Assembly (NCBI RefSeq): GCF_009834535.1
Contig: NC_045717.1
Location: 26,908,001 to 26,972,000, forward strand
Reading direction: 5' to 3'
From: Camelus ferus
Taxonomy: Eukaryota
Length of the DNA: 64,000 bases
Part shown: piece after piece, positions 44,801 through 55,680 of the stretch
Numbering within the stretch: position 1 is the stretch's first letter
How the letters are laid out: every line of letters starts with the position of its first letter
Translations under genes and position numbers: made by a program
Notes under the pieces: model-generated
Told to the model about the DNA's origin: nothing
Database searches by the model: none
What the model saw: the letters and a program-made list of their open reading frames with translations, nothing else

Positions 44801-47800
44801 TCACCGTCCCTCACGCTGTTTGGGGGCAAGCCCATGGAGGGCTGGATTGCGGTGACGGTCAGCGGCCTGGTCACCGTGTCCCTGCTCAAGCCCAGCGGCC
44901 AGGTGCTGACCTCGACGGAGAGCCTGTGCCGGCTGCGTGGGCGCGCGGCCCTGGCCGACATCGCCTTCACGGGCGGCGGCAACATCGTGGTGGCCACGGC
45001 GGATGGCAGCAGCGCGTCCCCCGTACAGTTCTACAAGGTGTGCGTGAGCGTGGTCAGCGAGAAGTGCCGCATCGACACCGAGATCCTGCCCTCCCTCTTC
45101 ATGCGCTGCACCACCGACCTCAACCGCAGGGACCGCCTGCCCGCCATCACCCACCTCAAGTTCCTGGCGCGGGACATGTCGGAGCAGGTGAGCCCCCTGC
45201 TGTGGCTCAGCTCCTGGCCCCATGGCCGGACCTCCAAGGGACTAAACCAGGTGTGGGCGGGGCTGGTCCCCCAGAGGCTCCAGGGAGAAGTGGCTCCTGC
45301 CTCTTCCAGCTTCTAGAGGCGCCGCATCCCTGGCCCCCGGCCCCCCCCATCCTCACCGCCAGCAGCGCAGCATCCCCCGTCTCTCTCTGACTCTGACCCT
45401 CCCGCCTGCCTCTGATGAGGACTCTGTGAGGACACAGGGCCCCCTGGGAATCCAGGGTCACCCCCATCCCAGGGGCCTTAACTCAGTCCCACCTTCAGGG
45501 TCCCCTCTGCCCTGTGAGGTGACGTGTCCTCAGGTCCCAGGACCAGGGCAGGAACCAGGTTAGACGGGGTCTCATTGTAACCTCGTAGTGATAAGCCCCC
45601 ACCTTCAGGAAGCCCTGACGTGTTCCCCTGGTCCCCTTTGCTTTCTGCCAGGGGCACCAGCGGGTGACTGCCCTCCCCAGGCGAGGTGCTGTCGGGGGTG
45701 GGCAGGTGTGGACTTGGGGTGGGCAGACCTGGGTTTGAGTCCACAACGGCCATGAGGTTGGTGCTGGCATGGGCCCTGTGTAGGAGCCGGAGGCCCAGAG
45801 AGGCCAGGGGGCCAAGTCCAGGCCCGCTTCCCAAGCCGCTGCCAACCCCCAGGTGCTCCTGTGCGCGTCCAGCCAGACGAGCAGCGTGGTGGAGTGCTGG
45901 TCCCTGCGCAAGGAGGGGCTCCCCGTGAACAACATCTTCCAGCAGCTCTCGCCTGCCGGTGAGCCTCCCTTTCCGCCTGGCCTTGCGTCCCGCTGTCCTG
46001 GCACTGGGCGTGGTGAGGGTGTCCCAGCGCAGGGACCCTGGGCAGGCCAGTTACACAGGCCCCTGAGTCCCAGGACCCTCTGAAACCCCGATTAGAGTGA
46101 GCGTGGGGGTGAATGGAGTTGGCCGAGAACACGCCCTCCAGCTCCCCTCGCCTCCCCTCCCCACACCACTTGGAGCCCCAAGCCCCTCACCAAGGCTGTC
46201 CCCTCTCCTGACACCTGGCGAGGCGCGGAAGCCAGAAAAGCCAGCTTCCCAGAAGCTGGGGTGACCCCGTGGCCCAGGTCTCCGGCCACCTCTGCCCTGT
46301 ACACAGGGTGTTTTCCTGCAGACAGAAGCTTTGGCTCTTTGCTGATCAGCACTGATGGGCCCTGGAGTAGCTGTGGAACTGGGTCAAGAGGCCCCTCACA
46401 GCCCTGCTCACCCGCAGGGGTTACATAAGCTGCCTATTGTGGCTGGGGAGAAATTAAGTGCCCAGAGGGTCACGCTGCCTTTCCTGAGTGACCCTGCGGG
46501 CGGGTCGGGCAACATGGGGCCTCGGCCCTTCCCAGGTCTTCCTCCTTCCTCCAGGCAGCGCAGGGCCCTGTCTTCCCAACTTCTTGCCCCCCACGCCCAT
46601 GGCCGGGCTTGTCCTGCACCTTGTCTCCCACCCCTGCCATCCCCAGCCCTGGGACCTAGTCACAGGTGGGACCACATCTCAAGCAGAAGGACCTCCCCTT
46701 GCTGGGTAGAGTCTTGTCCTTACGCATGTGTCGGGATGCTGGAGGTGGTCTCTGAGCTCACACGCCCAACCCCACCCCACCCCTCAGTCCAGCCTCACAG
46801 GCCTTTTGGGCTCTCAGGCCTGCCCCTTCCAGTCTCCCCTCCCCTGTCTGGTAGCCTGTCCTCCCTGAGTGTCCACCTCAGGCCCTTCTGGAGGGTGGCC
46901 ACCCCTAGGCAGACCTCAGGCCCCCGTTCTACCAACCATGCTCCACACCATGGTCGAGTCAGTGGCCTGGCGTGGGTGGACAGGTGGGTTCAGGTCCAGC
47001 TCTGCCTCAGCCTCCAACTGACACGCTCCTCCGTGGACCTAGCAGGGCCCGAGCTGTCACGGCGGGTGTGGATCACTGTATGCTGCTGCCCGGGTTGTCA
47101 CTCTCACAGCGCTGTTTGGTGTCGCTGCATCAGGTGCTATAGTCCACGCTGGTCTCAGGCCGAGTCGCCCCTCTCTGGGCCTCAGTCTCCCTGGGGGATG
47201 ACTTTTGCCAAGAGTCCCCTTATGTGGGCTGTTCAGGGCCGAGCGCTCAGGACAGATGGGCCGAGAGGAGCTGTGTCTCAGCCAGCTTTGCCGTGTAACA
47301 CACCAGCCTCGAACTCTGGCTCAGAACCACAGTCCGGAAGGTGCTGGGCTAGGCTGCCTCTGCCGCTCAGTCCTGGTTCCAGGTCTGCCGTCAGCCCCGG
47401 GGCAGCCGGGGCAGCTAACCATCGGCTGGGCGCCTGTTCACCTAGCCCAGCCTCACCTAGGTGTGTGAGCAGTACTGAGCCTTAGCTGGCATCATGCCTA
47501 CCGGGCCCACGGGCCGAGTTCAGATTGACGGGAACCAGCCCACCTCTGGTTGAGGGGCTTCCTCATCACTCTGGGGCTGGGGGGCGCAGGGGGTCCATCT
47601 TGGCCCCTGGTCCGTCCAGCTGAGGCCTCCTGGGGAAAGTTGGGGTTCCACCCAGGACCTCTCAGACCATAGGGACAGAGAACCCAGCGCCAGCCGGCCG
47701 AGATGCGAGGGGAATTTTGGGGTTTTGTGGTGGTGAGGTCTGGGTTGGGGTCACTCCCTAGCACGTTGGCTCCTTCAAGGGAACATGGTGGTGCCGCCCC

Positions 47801-50800
47801 ACCAGGCATCATGCGCTCGGGGCCCCGGGAAGGGCAGGGCGCTGGGGCAGATCATCCTCTTTGTCTTCACTTTGTTGCTGTCTGTCCCCTCAACCCCGTC
47901 CCCACCCCTGCTTTCAGTTGGCGACAAACAGCCCATGATTCTCAAATGGCGGATCCTGTCAGCCACCAACGACCTGGACCGTGTGTCTGCCGTGGCGCTG
48001 CCCAAACTGCCCATCTCGCTCACCAACACTGACCTGAAGGTGGCCAGCGACACCCAGTTCTACCCCGGCCTCGGTACAGCTGTCTCCCGAGCTCCCTGGG
48101 GGAGGTGGGCTCCGAGCTGAGTCTCAGGGTTGTGGGAGCCTGCCTCCCAGCCTCATGTCCACGAGGATGTGGGCGCTGCTTTCGGGGTTGTGTGGGCTCG
48201 GAGGGCTGGGAGGCTGGCCAACGAGCTTTGCTCTTTAACATGGAGAGAGCTGTTGGGAATCAGTAGGGGAGAAGCTGGGAACTTGCGGCAACCTGTCCAT
48301 AGGCGGCATCATCCCCTTACCTCGCCCCCGCTCTGCAGTACTGCGATGTGGGTCCTGGGCACAGCCCCCGGGGGCACACAGCCACACCGCAGCCCCCAAC
48401 CTCACTGACCTCCGCTGCCCCCAGGCCCTTTGTGTGCTCTGGCCCTAGGCCCTTGCGTCTGCTGTGTGTCCTACCCACTTGTCCCCCTGGACATCAGTGT
48501 TGGCTCGCATCGGCCAAAGCTCAGGGCCAGCTGCGGGGGGTGGGCAGGGGGGGAGACCCCGCAACAAGCGGCTCCAGCGATTCGGGGGCTGTTAGCAAGG
48601 GAGAGGGGAGGGCGGCTGCCAAATACCCGGGTGGGGCGGGCTTAGTGGCCCAGGCTCGGCACCCCCGGCGCAGCCTCTGCCTGACGCCGCGTGTGCCCCC
48701 CAGGGCTGGCCCTGGCCTTCCACGACGGCAGCGTCCACATCGTGCACCGGCTCTCGCTGCAGACCATGGCCGTCTTCTACAGCTCTGCGGCCCCACGCTC
48801 CGTGGACGAGCCGGCCATCAAACGCCCTCGGACCACGGGCCCTGCCATCCACTTCAAGGCCATGCAGCTCTCCTGGACCTCCCTGGCCCTCGTGGGCATC
48901 GACAGCCACGGCCGGGTATGCGCTGTCCTGAAGCGTCTTAGGCCCCTGCTGCGTGGGGGCTGAGGTTGGCCGTGCCCTCTGGGGGGGGTCTGGGCGGGGT
49001 CTCTGTCACAGGGTGGGGTGTGCGGCTCACAGCCAGCGCTTCAGAAGTGGGAGCCCCGAGGACGGTTGCTCTGCAGGGTAAGGGGTCCTGGGATTAACAC
49101 CCCTAACACCACCCCAACTGTGAGGAGTAAGTGCTTGTTCCCAGAGGAACCTGCCCACGGCCTGGCCGGGACACGCAGGCAGCCCTCACACTCACACTCT
49201 TGCTTACACACACGCAGACAGGTGTTTCCACTCTCCCACGTTCACAGCCCACGTGTTCACACACGGCACGGATTCACAGACACATGCATGCGTTCGCACA
49301 CTCACACTCATGTGCATGCACCCCCATCCCCCCAGAGGCAGTGGGCTCCTGGGTCGCTGTCGGGTGTGCCCTGTGATTTCTGTTCTGGCTCTGCCCGCAT
49401 CTGCTCCGGCCTGTCCTCGGCATCTCTGGGTGGTGGGTTCGGATTCTCCGGAGCACTGGGTCTGTGTCTTCAGGGACCGCACGACCCCTGCCGGTCCTGT
49501 CACTGCACACATGCTCTGCTGGGTGGGAGGCCTCCCAAGTCCCTCCGGGGAAGTGCCACCGCCACAGAAACCAAGGACTCGTGACCTCATTTCACACCGT
49601 GTGGCCCTGCCGGTGTCTCTGCAGCCCTCGGGTCCGACAGGACAGGACTGCAGGCCTGGACCTGGGGTGGTGCAGCCTTCCTGCCTCTCGCCACCCCGCC
49701 CCTCATGGCCCACCCTCTCCTGGCAGCTGAGCATGTTACGCATCTCGCCGTCCATGGGCCACTCGCTGGACGTGGGGCTGGCCCTCCGGCACCTGCTCTT
49801 CCTGCTGGAGTACTGCATGGTGACCGGCTATGACTGGTGGGACATCCTTCTGCACGTGCAGCCTGGCATGGTGCAGAGCCTGGTGGAGAAGCTGCACGAG
49901 GAGTACACGCGCCAGAAGGCCGAGCTGCAGCAGGTGTGCGCGCCTCCCTCCTCCGGTGACCTGCAGGCCTCCCCTCCCTGCCTGGTTGCCGGGTGCTGCC
50001 TCAGCCACCAGCGCTCGGCTGCGGGCTTGACCCCACCTGACTCTGGGTGGCCCTGGAGGCCCTTGCCCCTAAGGTAAGAGCGTAGACCATAGCTCTAAAG
50101 GTGGGAGAGGCAGAGAAGGATCCGAGGCCCGCTAGTGCACCTGTAACTCGCGGAGCCTCCCAGCTGAGGATGGCAGCTGTGCCGCTCAGCGCTTTTCAGA
50201 ACCCGAAGTGGTCCTGTGTGCCAGCAGTGACCAACCAGGAGAGAGACGGGAGAGAAAGGCCCCGCCCCCAGTGCCAGCCTGACAGGTTACGTGGACTGCT
50301 GTGAGGCCCCGGGCAGTGGCGTGGGACGGGGCTGGGCTGGGCTCGGAGCCCATAATGCCAGAAGGCTAAAATCCCTGGCTTATCGGGCTGAACTGCTTGC
50401 GAGCATTTTATATTTTAAGTCCATCAGTTACCCCTGAGACGTCAGGGCTGGGTCATCCTCTGGGGGCCGTCCCCGAACAGTGGGGCATCCCTGGCCCCAC
50501 CCACTTCATGCCGGGAGCCCCAGTTGTGGCCCTGTGGCCCTGGGGCAGGCCTGGTCCTAGATTGAGACCCTGCTGTCCTGTGAGGAAGGTCTCTTTATCT
50601 GCCCACTCACGCCCCCCACCCCCCAGGTCCTCTCCACCCGGATCCTGGCCATGAAGGCCTCGCTCTGCAAGCTGTCGCCCTGCACAGTGACCCGTGTATG
50701 CGATTACCATGCGAAGCTCTTCCTCATTGCCATCAGCTCCACACTCAAGTCGCTGCTGCGTCCACACGTCCTCAACACACCGGATAAGAGCCCGGGAGAC

Positions 50801-53800
50801 CGGTTGACCGAGATCTGCGCCAAGATCACGGACGTTGGTGGGTCCTGCCCGCCCCGCCCTCATGGGCTGCCGTGGTGATGGAGTGCTGTAGCGTCCATGC
50901 CACAGTGGAGGACCCTCCCAAACCACTGAGGAGGGCCCCTTGGGCATCTCATGCGTGCCAGGGGCGGGGACTCTCGCGGCAGGCAGCAACAGGGGAACAG
51001 ATGACCCAGCCTAGGGGTTGGTGTCCACAGAGGTGCTGCCCATGCAGAGGGAGGCCTGGGGGCCGGCGGGAGCTGCAGGGTGCCCGGTACAGGGAGTCCG
51101 AGGGGCGGGCAGGGAGTTCCGAAGGCCAGCAGTGGACACTTGGAGCTCCTCCAGCCAGCCCTTCCCTCCAGGGTCCTGGACTCAGCCTTGCTGACCCCTC
51201 ATTTGCTTGTTCACAACGTCGGGGTCGGCTTTCCGGGGCTCAGCTCATAGTGGGTGCTCATGATGAACATGTGAGGTCCTGACTTTCTGTCCCCGGCTAG
51301 ACATTGACAAGGTCATGATCAACCTCAAGACGGAAGAGTTTGTCCTGGACATGAACACACTGCAGGCACTGCAGCAGCTCCTGCAGTGGGTGGGCGACTT
51401 CGTGCTCTACCTGCTGGCTAGTCTGCCCAATCAGGTGTGCCTGCTGCGGCTCGGACGCCCCACCTCCCGGGCCCCGCCCCCCGAAGCCCCACCCGCCGCT
51501 CCCGCCCCTCCCGAAGCCCCACCTCCTCCGGCCCCGCCTCCCCCGAAACACCCACCCCTCAGGACCTGAGTTCCAAGGACGCCGCGCACACTGAAGTGCA
51601 CAACCAGGGCACCTCTCCCCGTAGGGCTCCCCACTGCGGCCAGGCCACAGCTTCCTGCGGGACGGCACCTCGCTGGGCATGCTGCGTGAGCTGATGGTCG
51701 TCATCCGCATCTGGGGCCTGCTGAAGCCCAGCTGCCTGCCTGTGTACACGGCCACCTCAGACACCCAGGACAGCATGTCCCTGCTCTTCCGCCTGCTCAC
51801 CAAGCTCTGGATCTGCTGTAAGACACACGGCCTTCTGCTCTCATTCCTCCATCGAAATACAAGCCCTGACTGAGTCCCTCCACCAGAATATAAGCTCCCA
51901 CAGGTCAAATTGTTGTCTTGGCCTCCACTGTTTCCCCAGCACAGGTCCAGGCACAGTGTGAGTGCTCATGAAACTCAGCCATTCTTAACGCACACGTGTC
52001 TTGGGTCACCAGGTGTGTGTTTCTGGAGCCAGACTCTGTTGCTGTCGCATCTCTGATGCCAGAAAGGGCACCCAGTGCTCACTGCGTATTTTTTTGTCTT
52101 TTTTCAGTTTCGTTTTGTTTTGTTTTGGGGGGAGGTAATTAGGTTTTATGTAATTACTTATTTATTCTGATGGAGGTGCCAGGGGTTGAACCCAGGACCT
52201 CGTGCATGCTAAGCAGGCGCTCTACCACTGAGCTATAGCCTCCCCTACTTCGCTGCGTATTTTTTAAATGAGTAAGTGGGTCCCCATTTTACAGAGGAGA
52301 AGGCTGAGGCCAAAGGGGGAAGGAGCCTTCCAGGGCCACCCAGGAAATCAGGGAAGGGCTGGGGCCTGCACTTGGTGTTTTGTGAGCTGAGGAGGCCAGG
52401 GTGCCTCCTGGGTGGGCAGTGCTCCCGGCAGGGCTGTGGAGAGTGACACGCCCGTGGTCCCCTCCCTGCAGGCCGTGACGAGGGCCCAACGAGCGAGCCG
52501 GACGAGGCGCTCGTTGATGAGTGCTGCCTGCTGCCCAGCCAGCTGCTCATCCCCACCCTGGACTGGCTGCCAGTCAGCGACGGCCTGGTCAGCCGCCTGC
52601 AGCCCAAGCAGCCCCTGCGTCTGCACTTCGGCAAGACTCCTGCTCTGCCTGGCAGCGCGACCACCTTGCAGCTGGACGGCCTCATCAGGTGCGTACCCGT
52701 TTCTGCCTCTGGCCCTTGGCACGGCCCTTCCTTCTGGCAGAGTCTTCCCAAAACCAGCCTGATCTCCTTCACACCTCTGTCTCAGGGCCTTTGCACGTGC
52801 TGTGCTGTCTGCATCCTTCCAGCCTGACCTAAATGCTGTTCCGGAGAATTCCGCTACCTCCGAGTCCCTCTTCCCTGCCTGTCACTTCCCTCATCCAGTT
52901 ACCTCAGCCTACACTGACTTACGCCCTCGTCTCTCTGGGTGTTGTCATCCTTCCTCTGGTCTGTCCCCACATATACGCAGGAGCCATGTGGCTGACCTTG
53001 GCTGCTCAGGCTCCAACCCCTCCAGAGTTCAAGCTGATACCCCAAGCCCTCCACCAGAAATTACACTGCAGCACAGACTGCCTGGCAGGGCCCAAGGCCC
53101 CGGGGAGGCAGAACAGTCCCTAGGCAGGACCTTCCCAGGTTTTAGAGGAACCTTTCTTTGGAATGTGTGGGTCCTGGACAGGCCATGCCACGCCTGCCAA
53201 GTTAACCCTTTACTGCCCAGCCATGCTGTGGGGTGGGTGTTTGTCCCCTTTTTATAGGCAAGTAAACTGAACCTGAGGGCTGCAGTCAGGAAGCCGGCCA
53301 CGATCCCAGGACCCTGCAGACTGCCTCCTGTTTCCAATGCTCAAGCGATGAATTCCCCAGGCAGTGTCACTAGGGGCGGGGCCTTAGCACCTTGCAGCCC
53401 CTGCTCCTGGAAGCCGCTCTGGGCCTTGTTCCACGAGACCTCCACATTTTCTTTCTTGTCTCGTGGTGGGAGGAATGGCCTGAGGAATCACACGCTGTGG
53501 TTTGCGTCTGGGCTTTAGGAAAACCTTACAAGAAGAGGTGGCTGGTCACTCAAGGGGTTTCACACTCTTTCAGAGGTTTTCAAACGTTCCGCACCGGTAA
53601 AACAAGCGGGCCCGCCCCAGCCCCGCGTTCCCTCTGACGGGTCTCGGCCCAGGTTCTCAGCTGTTGTGGGGGTGCGGGCCCTCCAGTGGGGGCGTCTGTG
53701 TGTGGGAGCCCCACTGGTGGACGTCCCCCACTCCTTCCCCAAGTGTGCACGTCACGCCCGCTTTGCTTCTAGGCTGCGGATCTGCACTGGCGGGCGGGTG

Positions 53801-54550
53801 CACGTGGTGTGGGTGCATGCACATGGGTGCAGCAGCCCCTCACGCGCTGCTGTCCCTGCCAGGGCGCCGGGCCACCCCAAGACGGACCACCTGCGGAGGC
53901 TGCACCTGGGCGCCCATCCCACGGAGGAGTGCAAGGCGTGCACCAGGTGAGCGCCCGCCGGCCCCGCCCTCTGTGCTGCCCCTGGCCACTTGGGGCCTCG
54001 GGTTCCAAGTGGAACCTGCGAGCAGGGGTCTCCGGCAGCCTCCCCGAGTGTCCTGTCCCAGGGCGCTGATTGTGAGTGCTTCGTCCGAGCCTGCCCCGGT
54101 GGCGCTCCCAGTCACCTGACCAGGACAGAAATGAAGGAGTGACCGCAGCAGTGCTGCGCTTCTCAGACACTGCCTGTGTTGCTGCAGACCACCCCGGGTC
54201 GCACCACTAGGGGCTGGCTGAGACCGCCGGCCCTCCTCCACCACTCAGGAAGGTGGGGATCGATGTCTGAGCTGGGACGGAAGGACGCAGAGGAGTCCGC
54301 TCGTCATAGGCTGGGGGCGTGCAGGGAACGGCGTTCCTGGGCCAGCAGAGCATGGGCAAAAAAGGCCCTGCGCAGGTGGGGGCCCAGCCCCGCCCAGCAC
54401 CCCACCGCCGGCTCTGCCTGCAGGTGTGGCTGCGTCACCATGCTCAAGTCACCCAACAAGACGACGGCTGTCAAACAGTGGGAGCAGCGCTGGATCAAGA
54501 ACTGCCTGTGTGGGGGGCTGTGGCGGCGAGTGCCCCTCAGCTGTCCCTGA
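41734..54550 (+). CDS. MED16: Mediator subunit 16, 829 aa, join(41734..41866,42448..42555,42819..42988,44756..45187,45853..45958,47918..48073,48704..48915,49727..49933,50627..50837,51301..51434,51625..51817,52472..52688,53863..53946,54424..54550)
   Basis: [12 protein letters not shown]...[22 protein letters not shown] matches MED16. 2490 nt open frame, all GT-AG; strong Kozak ACAATGG. Confidence 0.97.
42448..42555 (+). CDS. MED16: MED16 exon 3
   Basis: [16 protein letters not shown]...LEWDQS; donor G|GTGAG. Confidence 0.95.
42819..42988 (+). CDS. MED16: MED16 exon 4
   Basis: [16 protein letters not shown]...LHVEK; donor AAG|GTGGG. Confidence 0.95.
43640..44055 (-). mobile_element. Old LINE-1 (L1MB-like) 3' fragment with T-rich tail
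   Basis: Poly(T/TTTC), then TTGTTGAGATATGGTTCACATACC...AAAGTACACAATTCAGTGGGTTTTCAGTAT. Confidence 0.75.
44756..45187 (+). CDS. MED16: MED16 exon 5
   Basis: [15 protein letters not shown]...ARDMSEQ; donor CAG|GTGAG. Confidence 0.95.
45225..45550 (-). mobile_element. MaLR LTR (MLT1-type) fragment immediately after MED16 exon 5
   Basis: AGGCTCCAGGGAGAA...CCTGCCTCTTCCAGCTTCTAGAGGC...CCCTGTGAGGTGACG. Confidence 0.65.
45853..45958 (+). CDS. MED16: MED16 exon 6
   Basis: [35 protein letters not shown]; donor G|GTGAG. Confidence 0.95.
47918..48073 (+). CDS. MED16: MED16 exon 7
   Basis: [15 protein letters not shown]...FYPGL; donor G|GTACA. Confidence 0.95.
48704..48915 (+). CDS. MED16: MED16 exon 8
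   Basis: [17 protein letters not shown]...DSHGR; donor CGG|GTATG. Confidence 0.95.
49727..49933 (+). CDS. MED16: MED16 exon 9
   Basis: [12 protein letters not shown]...AELQQ; donor CAG|GTGTG. Confidence 0.95.
50627..50837 (+). CDS. MED16: MED16 exon 10
   Basis: [16 protein letters not shown]...KITDV; donor G|GTGGG. Confidence 0.95.
51301..51434 (+). CDS. MED16: MED16 exon 11
   Basis: [14 protein letters not shown]...SLPNQ; donor CAG|GTGTG. Confidence 0.95.
51457..51547. repeat. Degenerate about 30-bp C-rich minisatellite, 3 copies, MED16 intron 11
   Basis: Units begin GCCCCACC and end CCGAA. Confidence 0.75.
51625..51817 (+). CDS. MED16: MED16 exon 12
   Basis: [14 protein letters not shown]...KLWIC; donor T|GTAAG. 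Confidence 0.95.
52095..52246 (-). mobile_element. vic-1-type SINE
   Basis: Reverse A/B boxes (CTCTACCACTGAGCTAT, GGTTGAACCC); TSD CTGCGTATTTTTT at 52082..52094 and 52253..52265. Confidence 0.88.
52472..52688 (+). CDS. MED16: MED16 exon 13
   Basis: [21 protein letters not shown]...LDGLI; donor AG|GTGCG. Confidence 0.95.
53863..53946 (+). CDS. MED16: MED16 exon 14
   Basis: [28 protein letters not shown]; donor AG|GTGAG. Confidence 0.95.
54424..54550 (+). CDS. MED16: MED16 exon 15 (to stop)
   Basis: [45 protein letters not shown]. Confidence 0.92.
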
Positions 54551-54610
54551 GCGCACCCAGCCCTGTAAGTGGAGGCTCCAGACGGCCTTTAATTATTAGT
54601 TGGATGACTT

Positions 54611-55680
54611 CCTTTTTATTTTCATTTTATTGAAGTGTAGTTGATTTACAGCGTTGTCTCTGGTGCACAGCAAAGTGAGTCAGCTCTGCGTATACTTTTC
54701 CAGGTTCTCTTTTGTTATAGTTTATTACAAGTTAATGAGTCTAGTTCCCTGTGCTGTACAGTGGGTCCTTGTTTATCTATTTTATATGCAGTCGTTTGTA
54801 TCTGCTAACCCCAGACTCCTAATTTGCCTCTCCCCACTCTTTTCCCCTTTGGTAACCCTAAGTTTGCCTTCTCTGTCTGTGAGTCCGTTTCTCTGTTTTG
54901 TCAATAAGTTTATTTGTGTCGTATTTCAGATTCTGTATGTGAGTGATACCCTGTGATTCTTGTCTTTCTCCGTGTGACTTCANNNNNNNNNNNNNNNNNN
55001 NNNNNNNNNNNNNNNNNNNNNNNNNNNNNNNNNNNNNNNNNNNNNNNNNNNNNNNNNNNNNNNNNNNNNNNNNNNNNNNNNNNNNNNNNNNNNNNNNNNN
55101 NNNNNNNNNNNNNNNNNNNNNNNNNNNNNNNNNNNNNNNNNNNNNNNNNNNNNGCTGTGGACCTCGGGGTGCAGGTGTCGTTTCGCGTTAGAGTGCTCTC
55201 CAGTTGTACACCCAGGAGTGGGACTGCTGGGCCACATGGTGCGTCTGCTTTTAGTTTTCTAAGGAATCTCCATACTGTTTTCCTTAGTGGCTGCACCAAA
55301 CTGCATTCCCGCCAGCAGTGTCAGAGGGTTCCCCTTTCTCCACACCCTCTCCAGTACTTATTATTTGTGGACTTCTTGATGATGGCTTTTCTGACAGGTG
55401 TGACTTGACACCTCACCGTGGTTCTGATTTGCGTTTCTCTGATAATTAGCAATACTGAGCATCTTTTCATGTGCTTATTGGCTGGCTGGCTGGCTGTCTC
55501 TGGAGAAATGTCTGTCTAGGTTTTCTGCCCATCTTTTGATGAGATTGTTTGTTTTTTTGTTTTTCAGTTGTACGAGCTGCTTGTATATTTTGGAAATTAA
55601 TGCCTTGTCAGTGGCATCATTTGCAAATATTTTCTCCCATTTGTAGATTGTCTCTTTATGGTTTATGGTTTCCTTTGCAA
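54611..55680 (-). mobile_element. LINE-1 3' fragment (L1MA/laurasiatherian type) about 60 nt downstream of the MED16 stop; contains the second N gap
   Basis: TTTTATTGAAGTGTAGTTGATTTACAG; GGAATCTCCATACTGTTTTCCTTAGTGGCTGCACCAAACTGCATTCCC; TTGCAAATATTTTCTCCCATT. Confidence 0.85.
54983..55153. other. N gap (171 nt) inside L1
   Basis: Read directly; L1 sequence on both sides. Confidence 1.

Noticed and set aside
46355-47485. 376-aa + strand ORF in MED16 intron 6
   Set aside because: No homology I recognise, S/P-rich, not needed for the MED16 frame.
54983-55153. Second N gap as a possible hidden gene
   Set aside because: Both flanks are collinear L1 3' sequence and the gap size roughly fits the missing L1 segment; no promoter elements point into it.
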